64,000 bases of DNA from an uncultured Pseudomonadota bacterium (GTDB lineage: Bacteria > Vulcanimicrobiota > Vulcanimicrobiia > Eremiobacterales > Eremiobacteraceae): positions 1,248,001 to 1,312,000 of the forward strand of contig CAVTNB010000001.1 of the NCBI GenBank assembly GCA_963736005.1, given 5' to 3'. This document shows, piece after piece, positions 9,234-19,534 of the stretch. Each line of letters opens with the position of its first letter. Positions within the stretch are counted from its first letter, which is position 1. The notes under the pieces are model-generated. The model was given only the letters and a program-made list of their open reading frames with translations, was not told the origin of the DNA and did no database searches. The position numbers were made by a program, and so were the translations under genes.

Positions 9234-10663
9234 TGAACGTGCACGGCCGAGCGCCCGAGCTCCTGATAGCCCTCGCTGTCCTCGTCTGCTTTGTCGCCGT
9301 CGGTTGGCTCGATTACTCGAATCAGCGCCGTCAAGCCGCCACGTATGACAGCTTCTCAAGCTTCGACTACCAGCACGGAGGATACCGAGCCTGGTTCGAC
9401 ATGCTCCGCGACGAAGGCATTCGCGTGGCGCGGTACCAACGGCGCCCAGCCTTCCTCAGCGATGCCGTTGCAACGCTTGTGGTTGCAAATAACGCTTTCG
9501 ACGCAGAGCTGCGTCAGGAGTTTGGCCAACCATCCGGCGTCTACACCAACGCGGACCTGCTGGCGCTCGAGCACTGGGTAAGGGCCGGGGGACGTCTTGT
9601 CTGGCTTGTCGATGAAGCCACGTCGCTTGAGTCGTCTACTGTGAAAGGGGCCCTGCGCTCGGCGATCGACCGTGTGAGTGAGAATCCGCTGCGCCTCCCC
9701 TTTGTGGCGAACCTCGGCCGCGAAAAGGATGCGGCCCTTGCGATTGCACCATCACCATTCACCCAAGGCGTGGGGGCGGTGTCGGGGAATAGCGGCCTGC
9801 GCGTACCGTTCGATAACGACTTTGCTCTTTCACCGCTCGTGGCGGATCGTGCGGGGATTGTGGTAGGTTGGTACCCGCTTGGCAAAGGTTCCGTTATTGT
9901 CGTCACGGATGAAACACTGTTTGAGAACGGCAGGCTCGCCAAAACTGACAATGCACGGCTTGCTTACAACCTGGCCTCCTATGCCTTGCAGCCTGGGCAA
10001 ACCGTTGCGTTCGAGGAATGGTCGCACGGGTATCAATCCGGCGATACGTGGTGGGCCATTTTGCCGCAGCCATTTCGCGTTGCGTTTGGGATTGCCGGTG
10101 CCGCTCTGCTGCTGTTGCTCTTTGGAGCAACGTGGCGTTTCGGCCCGGCCGTGCCGCTGCCAGAAAATAACGAGCGCACGTCGTTTGAATACCTCACGTC
10201 GATGGCCGGTTTATTGGAACGGGGTCGGGCTGCGCGCAAGGCAGTCAGAGATCTGGCTCATCTGGCGCTCCACGCGGCCGCGCGATCCGTCGGCCTGCCT
10301 GATGCGGCGACAGCTTCGGCCATCGCCGCGCGGCTGCGCGGTACTGAGGCAGGGGAACGTCGAGCGGATGACGTCATGACGCTCGAGCGCCTCGCCGGAT
10401 ACGAAAGCCCATCATCCGCCGAACTCGTCGAAGCGGCTCGACTTGCTCTCTCGTTACGAAAGGAATTCTCTCGATGGATTCCAGCGCATCGAACCTCGCC
10501 ACTTTACTCAACGACGGTCTGCATAAGGTCGTCGTCGGCCAAGACGACTGCGATCTTCGCGCTCTCGTCGCGCTCTTCGGCGGGGCCACGTGCTGATCGA
10601 AGGCGTGCCCGGCACGGCGAAGACGCTGCTCGTCCGCGCGCTCGCGCTGCTGCTCGGGGCTGA
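9230..10663 (+). CDS. DUF4350 domain protein (3' end uncertain, probably near 10480)
   Basis: WVRAGGRLV, LFENGRL, WRFGPAVP, EYLTSMAGLL motifs; tail overlaps moxR and is distorted by indels. Confidence 0.75.
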   Translation: MMNVHGRAPELLIALAVLVCFVAVGWLDYSNQRRQAATYDSFSSFDYQHGGYRAWFDMLRDEGIRVARYQRRPAFLSDAVATLVVANNAFDAELRQEFGQPSGVYTNADLLALEHWVRAGGRLVWLVDEATSLESSTVKGALRSAIDRVSENPLRLPFVANLGREKDAALAIAPSPFTQGVGAVSGNSGLRVPFDNDFALSPLVADRAGIVVGWYPLGKGSVIVVTDETLFENGRLAKTDNARLAYNLASYALQPGQTVAFEEWSHGYQSGDTWWAILPQPFRVAFGIAGAALLLLLFGATWRFGPAVPLPENNERTSFEYLTSMAGLLERGRAARKAVRDLAHLALHAAARSVGLPDAATASAIAARLRGTEAGERRADDVMTLERLAGYESPSSAELVEAARLALSLRKEFSRWIPAHRTSPLYSTTVCIRSSSAKTTAIFALSSRSSAGPRADRRRARHGEDAARPRARAAARG

Positions 10664-11477
10664 CTTCCGCCGCATCCAATTCACGCCCGACTTGATGCCC
10701 TCGGACGTGGTCGGCACGACGGTCTTCAATCCCGAGAGCGAGCGAGTTCACCACGCGCAAGGGGCCGATCTTCACGAACTCGTGCTCGCCGACGAGATCA
10801 ATCGCACGCCGCCGAAGACGCAATCGGCCCTGCTCGAAGCGATGGAGGAACGCCAGGTGACGATCGACGGCGTGTCGCTCGCCATTCCGCCGCTGTTCAT
10901 GGTATGCGCGACGCAGAACCCGATCGAGTACGAAGGAACGTATCCATTGCCCGAAGCGCAGCTCGATCGCTTCATGGTCAAGTCCAACACGGGATATCCA
11001 ACGGTCGAGCAAGAGCTTGAATTGCTCGCCCGAGGAGCTGCGGGTTTTGATGCTCGCTTCTTAGAGCGCATGGGGATCGGCCAAGTAGTAAACGCCGACG
11101 ATATCGCTGCCGCCCGGAGGCAAGTTCGCGCGACTCATGTTTCTCCCCCGTTGCAAAGATACGTGTACGATATCGTTGCGCGAACTCGCAGCGCGGGCGA
11201 GTTGAGCCTCGGCGCAAGTCCGCGCGCTGCGCTTCATTTGTTAATCGCCGCGCAGGCGAGCGCCGCAATTGACGGGCGTGATTTCGCAACCCCTGACGAT
11301 GTCAAAGAAACGGCTCCGCTTGTGTTAGTGCATCGCCTCATCGTGAGACCTGAAGCCGAAGTTGAAGGAGTCAGCGCGAAGACGGTCTTGCTCCGCATCC
11401 TTGATTCGGTCCCCGTGCCAAAGGATGCGTCGCCCCCGGCCGCGGGCAACCCAACGGAAGTCGGCCCGAGCGCATAG
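10474..11477 (+). CDS. moxR: MoxR family AAA+ ATPase (frameshifts at ~10545-10590 and ~10735-10780)
   Basis: KVVVGQ, LIEGVPGTAKT, RIQFTPDLMPSD, LADEINRTPPKTQSALLEAM, ATQNPIEYEGTYPLPEAQLDRF, GASPRA. Confidence 0.9.
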
Positions 11478-11480
11478 GTC

Positions 11481-12821
11481 GTGCCTTTCGCAGCGTTCTC
11501 GCCCGTCTTTCCTTGGATAACGCCCCGCTTTGTCGTGGCGGTCCTGATCGTTGCGGGCCTCGTCGCTGCTGGTACCTTTTTTCCTGTGATGACCGGGCTG
11601 GCATTGGGCGCTGGCGCATTGACGGCAGCGCTGTTCGTCGCCGATCTTGCCCTCGGGCCGCGCAGAGCCGACGTCGACGTGAAGCGGGAACCGGTCGAGC
11701 ATCTTGCGTTGCGCTCGCCGGCACGCCTGCGTTATTCGATTTCGAACCGCTCGCAAACGCCGCTGCGCTTTGTCATTCTCGACACCCCGATCGACTCGTT
11801 TGAGTTTCCAGAGGAAGCAGCGGCCGGGCAGGTAGGGGCCGGCAAACAAAAGTCCGTTGACCTTTCCGTTGTGCCCCGGAGGCGCGGTGCGGCGCGGCTC
11901 GGCACGCTGTACGTCGTCGCATGCAATCCAATTGGATTCATCGCAAGACGCTGGAGACTTCGCGACCAGTCAGAAATACGAATTTATCCGGATCTCTCGG
12001 CGGTCGAGCGCTACGGCGAGCTCGCGCGCCGCGGGAGGCTCGTCGATGCGGGCTTCCGCAAGCTGAGACTTCGCGGCCGTGGCGGCGAGTTTGACTCCCT
12101 GCGCGAATGGGCACCTGATGACGAATTTCGATCGATCAATTGGAAGGCAACTGCGCGCCGCGGCAAACTCATGGTCGAGCAATTCGATATCGAACGCAGC
12201 CAAACAGTTATGCTCGTTCTCGACGCCGGCCGGCTCATGACGCCACGTCTTGGCCTGCAACAAAAATTTGACTATGCGATCACTGCCGCGCTCTCCGTTG
12301 CGTACATCGCGGCGCTCGCCGACGATAAAGTTGGTCTTATGGCATTTGCCAGCCAGGTTCTCGAACACGTCGCCCCGCGCTCCGGCTCGGCGCACACGAG
12401 CGGCTTGACGTCTCGAGTGTACGACCTGCAGCCCCGCTTTGAAGAGGCCGACTATGCGGGCGCTTTCACGTATTTGCGCCGCCGCCAGCCAAAACGCAGC
12501 CTCGTCATCTTCTTCACCGATATGTTCGATCCGGTCGCATCTGCCGCAACGCTCGGGAATCTCGCTCTGTTGACGCCGCGCCATTTGGCTGTGTGCGTGT
12601 TGATGAACGATGAGGCGGTAGAGCGCGCGCTTGGCACCGTACCAACAAATGCGCAGCAGGCATATACCGCGAGCGTCGCTGCGGAACTGTTGGCAGCCCG
12701 TCAGCGGGCGACGGCCATCCTACGACAGCGCGGCATCATTGTCATCGACGTGCCAGCGAAACAACTCACCGTGTCGCTCATCAACGCGTATATTGAAATT
12801 AAGGCGCAGAGCTTGCTGTAG
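11481..12821 (+). CDS. DUF58 / von Willebrand A-like protein
   Basis: GEFDSLREWAPDDEFRSINWKATAR and LVLDAGRLM; follows moxR. Confidence 0.88.
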   Translation: MPFAAFSPVFPWITPRFVVAVLIVAGLVAAGTFFPVMTGLALGAGALTAALFVADLALGPRRADVDVKREPVEHLALRSPARLRYSISNRSQTPLRFVILDTPIDSFEFPEEAAAGQVGAGKQKSVDLSVVPRRRGAARLGTLYVVACNPIGFIARRWRLRDQSEIRIYPDLSAVERYGELARRGRLVDAGFRKLRLRGRGGEFDSLREWAPDDEFRSINWKATARRGKLMVEQFDIERSQTVMLVLDAGRLMTPRLGLQQKFDYAITAALSVAYIAALADDKVGLMAFASQVLEHVAPRSGSAHTSGLTSRVYDLQPRFEEADYAGAFTYLRRRQPKRSLVIFFTDMFDPVASAATLGNLALLTPRHLAVCVLMNDEAVERALGTVPTNAQQAYTASVAAELLAARQRATAILRQRGIIVIDVPAKQLTVSLINAYIEIKAQSLL

Positions 12822-13779
12822 CGCGACTGCCCGCAATGAAGTAAAGAATCATCGCGACTGCGGTGGCTGCCCCAAAGAGGAGGCGAATCGATTCGGAATA
12901 GTTCTGCGGCGAGAAGAATCCCTCGATCATGCCCGCGACAACAAGCATGGAGGCGACGCCAATGATGAGGATACCGGCGCGTTTGGCATTGCGCTTCAGC
13001 GCATCGCGACGGCGAAGTCGCCCCGGAGCGAGGACGCCACCCGCAAGGAGCAAGCCCGCCCCCGCAGCGATCTGAACCGCGGTGAGTTCGATAATCCCAT
13101 GCGGTGCAATCGTGGCCCAAAAATCCCGGCCGAAGCCCGCATCAACGTACAACGCGGCGGTCCCACCGAGCATGAGACCGTTGAAGAGTAAAACATACAG
13201 AGTCACGATCCCAAGCGTTATACCCCCGGCAAAAGCCAGGAACGCGAGCCTGATGTTGTTTTGCATGATGAAGGCGGACATCGTCGGGGAACCAATCGCC
13301 TTCTCCATCGGGACAAAGTTTGATGCGTGCAGCCCTTTGTGAATGGGCTCGATGAGTTGGGCAGGCAAAAGGACGTATGCGTTCAGAGGAAGCTCGTGAA
13401 TCAGATAGTACGCGAGCGCTGCGGAACCAAGAAAGATCGCGACGCTCAACAGGATGGGCCAGCGCGAATTCTTTACTTCAAGAGGAAAGGTGCGAGCGTA
13501 AAATCGTAGCACGCGGCTTAGGCCACCTTCCGAGCCTCCGCCGTACACCGCGGCATGTGCTCGGGCTGTGAGCCGGTTGAGATAGGCTTGCAACGTGGGA
13601 TCATACGCACGGGCGGTTGCAAATGCCAGGTCGGAGGTAACCCAGCGATACAGCGTTCCCAGTTCGGACACTTCCTCAGGATCGAGCCGGCGCAGCCCGC
13701 GTCGTTCCGCGAATTGCAAAAGCTGTTCCAACCGCTGCCAACCTGCTTGGCGTCGCTCGACGAAGGTGGCTTGCCGCAC
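12799..13779 (-). CDS. Stage II sporulation protein M (DUF95) family membrane protein
   Basis: IMQNNIRLAF, PHGIIELTA, AGMIEGF motifs. Confidence 0.85.
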   Translation of the reverse strand: MRQATFVERRQAGWQRLEQLLQFAERRGLRRLDPEEVSELGTLYRWVTSDLAFATARAYDPTLQAYLNRLTARAHAAVYGGGSEGGLSRVLRFYARTFPLEVKNSRWPILLSVAIFLGSAALAYYLIHELPLNAYVLLPAQLIEPIHKGLHASNFVPMEKAIGSPTMSAFIMQNNIRLAFLAFAGGITLGIVTLYVLLFNGLMLGGTAALYVDAGFGRDFWATIAPHGIIELTAVQIAAGAGLLLAGGVLAPGRLRRRDALKRNAKRAGILIIGVASMLVVAGMIEGFFSPQNYSESIRLLFGAATAVAMILYFIAGSRATASSAP

Positions 13780-13845
13780 GCCGTCGACTTCTCACACGGT
13801 ATGCGCTCACCTCTGGTCGATAATTATTCGTAGAGAGGAACCTGG

Positions 13846-14613
13846 TTGGAACGTTCCGTGACCGTCCGCACGCCAGAAGCGATCGCTTTTTATTATGAAT
13901 TGGCGGGGCTTGGCAGTCGGTTCTTGGCGCTGCTCATCGACACGATCATTCAGGGTCTCGTGTTCACGACGATCATCATCGTGGGCGGTCTCGGCGCTGC
14001 CCGTGCGCATCTGGTAGCGGACGCCCTGCACATCGGGTCAAAGGCCTTTGCATCGACGGTTTTTGCAATAACCCTGATGTTAGTCTTTGTGATCTTCTAT
14101 GGCTACTTTGTCTTTTTTGAAAAGGTATGGAACGGACAGACCCCTGGCAAGAAACTCCTCGGGATTCGTGTGGTCCGCGACGGCGGATATCCCGTTGAGT
14201 TCATGGATTCAGTTATACGCAACCTCATTCGCGTGCTCGAATCCACCATAGGTTTTTACTTCCTCTCGGCGATTAGCATGTTGCTTTCATCTGAAAACAA
14301 GCGGCTGGGTGATTACGCCGCCGGTACCATCGTTGTTCGCGATCGCGGCATGGAAGTTCGCGATCCGAAGTCATGGCTACGTGCCGAGACGGTAGAGTCC
14401 GGCGTTGAACGAAACGGCGCGTTGTCCATGCTGAGCGCCGGTGAGCTTGCAATGGTCGATCTGTATGCGTCACGCAAAACCGCGCTCAACCCACAAGCAT
14501 CTCGAGATACCGCCGCCAAAATCGCATCCATCTTGCGGCCGAAACTCGATCCCACGCTTGCCCAACTTTCTGATGAGGAGCTTCTTATGAGGATCGCTAC
14601 CCGTGAAAGGTAA
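13846..14613 (+). CDS. RDD family membrane protein
   Basis: TPE...[34 protein letters not shown]. Confidence 0.88.
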   Translation: MERSVTVRTPEAIAFYYELAGLGSRFLALLIDTIIQGLVFTTIIIVGGLGAARAHLVADALHIGSKAFASTVFAITLMLVFVIFYGYFVFFEKVWNGQTPGKKLLGIRVVRDGGYPVEFMDSVIRNLIRVLESTIGFYFLSAISMLLSSENKRLGDYAAGTIVVRDRGMEVRDPKSWLRAETVESGVERNGALSMLSAGELAMVDLYASRKTALNPQASRDTAAKIASILRPKLDPTLAQLSDEELLMRIATRER

Positions 14614-16027
14614 CCGGCCGCATCGCAATCCGCTCATGATGCTGGCCGCCGGGACTGCGGCTGCTGTGCTTTGCCTTGCCGGTGAAGGCACGAAGACGGC
14701 GGCGCTGGCGCTCGCTCCCATCGGAGCAAGCGACCTTGCGAAAATCAAGCACATCGTCATCATTATGCAAGAAAATCGCTCCTTCGATAGCTACTTCGGA
14801 ACGTATCCTGGAGCGGACGGCATCCCAATGAGCAAGGGCGTCCCAACCGCGTGTGTCCCCGATCCAGGCAACGGCGGCTGCCAACGCCCATATCACGATC
14901 CAAACGATATCAACCGCGGAGGACCACACGACCAGCAAAGCGCAGTGGTCGACATTGGTGGCGGCTCCATGAATGGCTTCATCGGCCAGGCAGAGCGTGG
15001 AGGGAAAAACTGTGTGGAGTTTTCGACCGATCCTCGCTGCGCCGGGCACGCACATCCGGACGTGATGGGGTATCACGATGCGCGGGAAATACCAAACTAC
15101 TGGGCCTATGCGCGGAATTTTGTTCTGCAAGATCATATGTTTGAGCCAAACGCGTCGTGGAGTCTGCCCGCCCATTTGTTCATAGTCTCAGAGTGGTCCG
15201 CGCTGTGTTCGCAGGCCGGTAACCCGATGAGCTGTGTCAACGCGCTCAATAGTCCGGCTCGGCCACCCGTTGCGCGCAAACGACTCTTTCACCCTCGGCT
15301 TGCCAGCGCTCTCCCCCCGGATTACGAGTGGACCGATTTGACCTATCTCCTTCATCAGCATCACGTGAGTTGGGCCTATTACGTGTTTGCCGGCCTTGAG
15401 CCTGACACCGAAGACGACACCATGAACGGGCCGCAGCGCCGGCTCAACGCGAAGACGCCCGGTATTTGGAATCCTTTGCCGTTTTTCGATACCGTGCGTA
15501 ACGACGGCGAACTGCAGAACGTTCAGGATATTTCGAATTTTTATCGAGCGGCACGCGATGGTGCACTACCCGCAGTCTCGTGGATTTGCCCGGATAGCGT
15601 CCACAGCGAGCACCCGCCGGCGAGCGTTGCCGCCGGACAGACCTACGTGACCGGATTGATCAACGCAATTATGCAGGGACCCAACTGGAGCAGTACGGCT
15701 ATCTTCCTTGCCTGGGACGACTGGGGTGGGTTTTACGATCACGTGAAGCCGCCAACTGTGGACGAAAACGGCTATGGCTTGCGCGTCCCTGCTATCGTCA
15801 TCAGCCCGTACGCCCGTAAAGGCTATATTGACCATCAAACGCTGAGCTTTGATGCATATGTCAAGTTTATCGAGGACGATTTCCTTGTCAGCGCCCGCAT
15901 CGATCCAAGGACTGACGGGCGGCCCGATCCGCGACCGGACGTTCGCGAGAATGTTTCAATCCTCGGCGACTTGCGCTCTGATTTCGACTTCTCCCAGCCG
16001 CCGCGCGGACCGTTTCTTCTGCACTAA
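14603..16027 (+). CDS. Phospholipase C / phosphoesterase family protein
   Basis: [43 protein letters not shown]. Confidence 0.9.
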   Translation: MKGNRPHRNPLMMLAAGTAAAVLCLAGEGTKTAALALAPIGASDLAKIKHIVIIMQENRSFDSYFGTYPGADGIPMSKGVPTACVPDPGNGGCQRPYHDPNDINRGGPHDQQSAVVDIGGGSMNGFIGQAERGGKNCVEFSTDPRCAGHAHPDVMGYHDAREIPNYWAYARNFVLQDHMFEPNASWSLPAHLFIVSEWSALCSQAGNPMSCVNALNSPARPPVARKRLFHPRLASALPPDYEWTDLTYLLHQHHVSWAYYVFAGLEPDTEDDTMNGPQRRLNAKTPGIWNPLPFFDTVRNDGELQNVQDISNFYRAARDGALPAVSWICPDSVHSEHPPASVAAGQTYVTGLINAIMQGPNWSSTAIFLAWDDWGGFYDHVKPPTVDENGYGLRVPAIVISPYARKGYIDHQTLSFDAYVKFIEDDFLVSARIDPRTDGRPDPRPDVRENVSILGDLRSDFDFSQPPRGPFLLH

Positions 16028-16091
16028 TTCTTCGTACGGGAAAAGGGAGCGCCCAGGACCCGTCTGAAGGGGGGCTTCGGAGGGCTGTTTC

Positions 16092-17330
16092 ATGACGATC
16101 GTCCTGCGCGATGCTTCGCTGATCGATGGCATTGGGCCACAAGCGCGCCCGAAAATATCTGTTGTCATCGAGCGTGACTTGGTGGCGGAGATTTCCGGCG
16201 CGAGTTCTGTGCGCAGAGATGATGCAACGATCATCGACCTCTCCGGATTGACCCTCTTACCTGGGCTCATCGACGCGCACGCCCATCTCGGACTCACGTA
16301 TGATTTTTCAGCCGAGGGAGATCCCGGGTCCGTCTCTGCGGCGCAAATCGCGGGCTGGACCTTTGAGAACTGCGGCCTGTGTCTCGATGCAGGCTTCACG
16401 ACCGTTCGCGACATGTGCGGCGTCGATGGTGGACTCGTTCGCGCGATCGAGTCTGGTGCGGTGCGGGGCCCTCGCGTCTTCCCATCTGCGGCAGCAATCG
16501 TACAAACCGGCGGGCACGGCAACATCTCGGGGCCATTTTGCGAAGCGAATCACTTCTTCGCGTTGCCCGGCCTCGTGCAAATGATTGCCATTTGCGACGG
16601 AGCGGATGCGGTCCGCGCGCAAGCGCGACTAAACTTTCGCCGAGGTGCGACGCAGCTCAAGGCATTTGTGAGCGGTGGTGTGGTCTCGACGACTGACCGC
16701 ATGGAAGATACCCAATTGACGGTTGAGGAGTTGCGCGCGGCGGTGGAAGAAGCCAAAGCGCGCGATACCTATGTCTCCGGGCACGCACACAACGTCCGCT
16801 CCATCCGCAATGGCTTGGAGGCTGGATTAGAATGCTTCGAACACGGAACCATGCTCGACGAAGCAACAGCGCACGCCATGGCTAAGGCCGGTGCGGCGCT
16901 CGATCCGACGCTCGCTGTCTGCCACCTCATGGCTTCGGAATGGAAACGATGGGGCTTGCCTGAGAGCGTGGTTCCGCGCATTGCCGGGTGCGAAGCAGCG
17001 ATGGGCAAATCGATCGTCATGGCCGAGAAAGCTGGGGTCCTGCTGGGCTCGGGATCGGATCTCCTCGGACGCAATCAAAACCGACGTGGGCTCGAGGTTG
17101 CGCTCAAAGCAAAACTGCTCTCCCCGATGCGCGCAATTCAGTGCGCGACGATGGGCAACGCGCGCATAATGCATCAAGAAGAGCGCCTGGGAAGTATCGA
17201 AGCCGGTAAACTCGCCGACGTCATCGCCGTGAAAGGCGACCCGTTGAGCGAACCCGAGCTTTTAGACGATCCATCGCGCGTCATGCTCGTGATCAAGGCC
17301 GGAAAGATCGAGAAGAACCTACTGATGTAG
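16092..17330 (+). CDS. Amidohydrolase family protein (prolidase-like)
   Basis: LLPGLIDAHAH, GFTTVRD, TGGHG, EHG, GSIEAGKLAD. Confidence 0.88.
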   Translation: MTIVLRDASLIDGIGPQARPKISVVIERDLVAEISGASSVRRDDATIIDLSGLTLLPGLIDAHAHLGLTYDFSAEGDPGSVSAAQIAGWTFENCGLCLDAGFTTVRDMCGVDGGLVRAIESGAVRGPRVFPSAAAIVQTGGHGNISGPFCEANHFFALPGLVQMIAICDGADAVRAQARLNFRRGATQLKAFVSGGVVSTTDRMEDTQLTVEELRAAVEEAKARDTYVSGHAHNVRSIRNGLEAGLECFEHGTMLDEATAHAMAKAGAALDPTLAVCHLMASEWKRWGLPESVVPRIAGCEAAMGKSIVMAEKAGVLLGSGSDLLGRNQNRRGLEVALKAKLLSPMRAIQCATMGNARIMHQEERLGSIEAGKLADVIAVKGDPLSEPELLDDPSRVMLVIKAGKIEKNLLM

Positions 17331-17957
17331 GTGCCGGCAGAACCATGCGCGTGCCAGCTCAGCCACTTGCTCGAGGGCTCCAGGTTCTTCGAACAGATGC
17401 GTCGCCTTTGCGACGATCACGGTTTCGTGTTTGGCAATGAGTTTGGTGGCCGCAGCGCGATTGAACTCAAGCACCGGGGTATCGTTGCCACCGACGATGA
17501 GCAGCGTCGGTGCCCGGACATCCCCGAGCGCCGCACTCGCTAGATCCGGACGGCCGCCTCGCGATACAACCGCACGAATTCGATCGGCGCGATGAGCCGC
17601 CGCGACCAATGCCGCCGCGGCGCCGGTGCTTGCGCCGAAGAGACCGATCGGCAAGTTCTTGGTTTCCGCACGCTTGTGACACCAGTCGACCGCTGCTTCC
17701 ACGCGTTCGGCTAAAAGGCCGATGTCAAAACGCAGAGCGGCGTTCCGACGATCGTACTCTTCTTCTTCCGGCGTCAGGAGATCGAGGAGCAGCGTCGCCA
17801 AACCGGCTTGGACCAGCGTTCGAGCCACGTATTGGTTGCGCGCGGAAAACCGGCCGCTGCCACTGCCGTGAGCAAAAACGACAATGCCCACAGGCGTGGG
17901 CGCCAGGTCCAAAACGGCCGCGAGTTCGACCTCGCCGGCCGGGATCGCAAGCTCCAT
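17319..17957 (-). CDS. Alpha/beta hydrolase (dienelactone hydrolase-like)
   Basis: FAHGSGSGR, GASTG nucleophile motif, SRGGRPDLA, HLFEEPG. Confidence 0.85.
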   Translation of the reverse strand: MELAIPAGEVELAAVLDLAPTPVGIVVFAHGSGSGRFSARNQYVARTLVQAGLATLLLDLLTPEEEEYDRRNAALRFDIGLLAERVEAAVDWCHKRAETKNLPIGLFGASTGAAAALVAAAHRADRIRAVVSRGGRPDLASAALGDVRAPTLLIVGGNDTPVLEFNRAAATKLIAKHETVIVAKATHLFEEPGALEQVAELARAWFCRHLHQ

Positions 17958-17996
17958 ATCACACCGACCTTCGAGCGCTCGAACGAACTCGAGCGA

Positions 17997-18992
17997 CTAC
18001 GCGGTCTGGCCGCTCGCGCACGCTTCAAACGCGCGACGCGCGAACACGCGCAGCATGCGCTTGCGGTAAGGGATCGATCCGCTCGTGTTGTCGAGCGGCT
18101 TGCCGATGACGTAGGCGGCTTCAGCGGCGGCATCGAGAGCCTCCGCGTTGAGGTTTGTTCCAACGAGCGCGGCGGCAGCCAGAGGCGCTTCCACGGGTTT
18201 TGGCGCGACGGCATTGAGCACCACCCGGGCGGCCGCGCAAACGCCGTCGCGCATTTCGATGACCGCAGCGACTCCCAAAATCGGAAAATCGAATGAATTG
18301 CGCAAGCGTAGTTTGCGATAGACGCTTCGCGTGCCCAACTTGGGCACAGGGATCGTGATCGACGTGAGGATCTCCCCCGGTTGTTTGGCCCACGCTCGCA
18401 TGCCGTCGTTGCGAAAGAAATCGGCGATTGGCACTTCACGCGGGCCAGTCGGACCTGCCAGATGCAACGTTGCGCGGTACGCCATGAGAACCGGTGCGGT
18501 ATCGGATGAGTTGACGGCAACGCAGATTGGGCTCTTAGGAGCCACTCGACAGATAGCGCCGTCTTTCTTCATGCAGTAGCCAAGCGCCTGACGCCAATCG
18601 AGATTTTGATTGTAGTAGTTGCAGCGCGTATCGAGACAGATGTTTCCGCCGATGGTGCCCATGTTTCGCAGTTGCGGTGTGGAGATAACGCTTGCAGCTT
18701 CTGCGAGCGCGGGGTATTGGCGCTGTACGGTAACATGGTCAGCGATGTCGGTCAGCGTTGCAAGAGCGCCAACCTCCAAGCCGCGTTGCTCGTCATAGCG
18801 GATGAAGCGCAGCTCGGAGGCATGCCTCAGGCCCACGACCACCTTTGGCGTGAAGAGTCGCTGCTTCATATTCGCGTAGAGATCCGTTCCGCCGGAAACG
18901 ACCAGCGCGTCGGAGCCATGCAGGGCGAGCAAGGCGATCGCCTCCTGCACCGTGCGTGCGGCTTGGTACTGAAACGGCGGGAGTCGAAGCAC
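17997..18992 (-). CDS. FAD subunit of a xanthine-dehydrogenase-family enzyme, HcrB-like with a [4Fe-4S] insert
   Basis: GGTDL, QLRNMGTIGGN, Cys-rich insert CLDTRCNYYNQ...YCMKKDGAIC...C. Confidence 0.85.
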   Translation of the reverse strand: MLRLPPFQYQAARTVQEAIALLALHGSDALVVSGGTDLYANMKQRLFTPKVVVGLRHASELRFIRYDEQRGLEVGALATLTDIADHVTVQRQYPALAEAASVISTPQLRNMGTIGGNICLDTRCNYYNQNLDWRQALGYCMKKDGAICRVAPKSPICVAVNSSDTAPVLMAYRATLHLAGPTGPREVPIADFFRNDGMRAWAKQPGEILTSITIPVPKLGTRSVYRKLRLRNSFDFPILGVAAVIEMRDGVCAAARVVLNAVAPKPVEAPLAAAALVGTNLNAEALDAAAEAAYVIGKPLDNTSGSIPYRKRMLRVFARRAFEACASGQTA

Positions 18993-19014
18993 TCGTTATC
19001 CTCTCATGGATTGG

Positions 19015-19488
19015 TCAAGTCTTTGCGGGCGAACCAAAACGTTTGAGCTCGGCCTCAAGGTCGAGCGGGCCGGTGGGTGCCTGCGAGGCGTATTCTCCCC
19101 ACGACTCTTTGGGCACGAGCCACATAACTTCAAACTCGTTGCCGTCAGGGTCCAGGCCGTAGATGGATTTCGTGGCACCGTGGTCGCTCTCGCCCGTCAC
19201 TGCTCCAATGCGAAGAAGCTTCTCGCGCGTGGCAGCGAGATCTTCGATAGTTGGTACTTGCCACGCGAGGTGAAAAAGGCCGACCGCACTTTCCGGTGAT
19301 GCCGTCGCGCGAGGGCCGAGCGCTAAAAAGCCTAAATCGTGATGGTTGGTCGAGCCTGGCGCGCGCATGAACGCCATCTGCTTTCCAGCTCGGGCGATCT
19401 CTTCAAACCCAAACACATCGCGATAGAATGCCACCGAGCGGTCCAACTCGCGAACTTTGAGCACTGCGTGATTCAGATTGAGCTTCAT
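19015..19488 (-). CDS. VOC/glyoxalase family protein
   Basis: LNHAVLKV, HHDL, GLFHLAW, DPDGNEFEV. Confidence 0.88.
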   Translation of the reverse strand: MKLNLNHAVLKVRELDRSVAFYRDVFGFEEIARAGKQMAFMRAPGSTNHHDLGFLALGPRATASPESAVGLFHLAWQVPTIEDLAATREKLLRIGAVTGESDHGATKSIYGLDPDGNEFEVMWLVPKESWGEYASQAPTGPLDLEAELKRFGSPAKT

Positions 19489-19504
19489 TATTTTTCCTCT
19501 GGTT

Positions 19505-19530
19505 GGGGCGGTTTTTCAATCGCCCCTACG
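19505..19530 (-). repeat. REP family C (GTAGGGGCGATT...CGCCC)
   Basis: GGGGCGGTTTTTCAATCGCCCCTACG on +; relatives at 22579, 29544, 46865, 52377. Confidence 0.75.
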
Positions 19531-19534
19531 TTTT

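Noticed and set aside
12799..13779. Evidence of sporulation from the SpoIIM-family gene
   Set aside because: The family is widespread in non-sporulating bacteria and here belongs to the MoxR/RDD cassette
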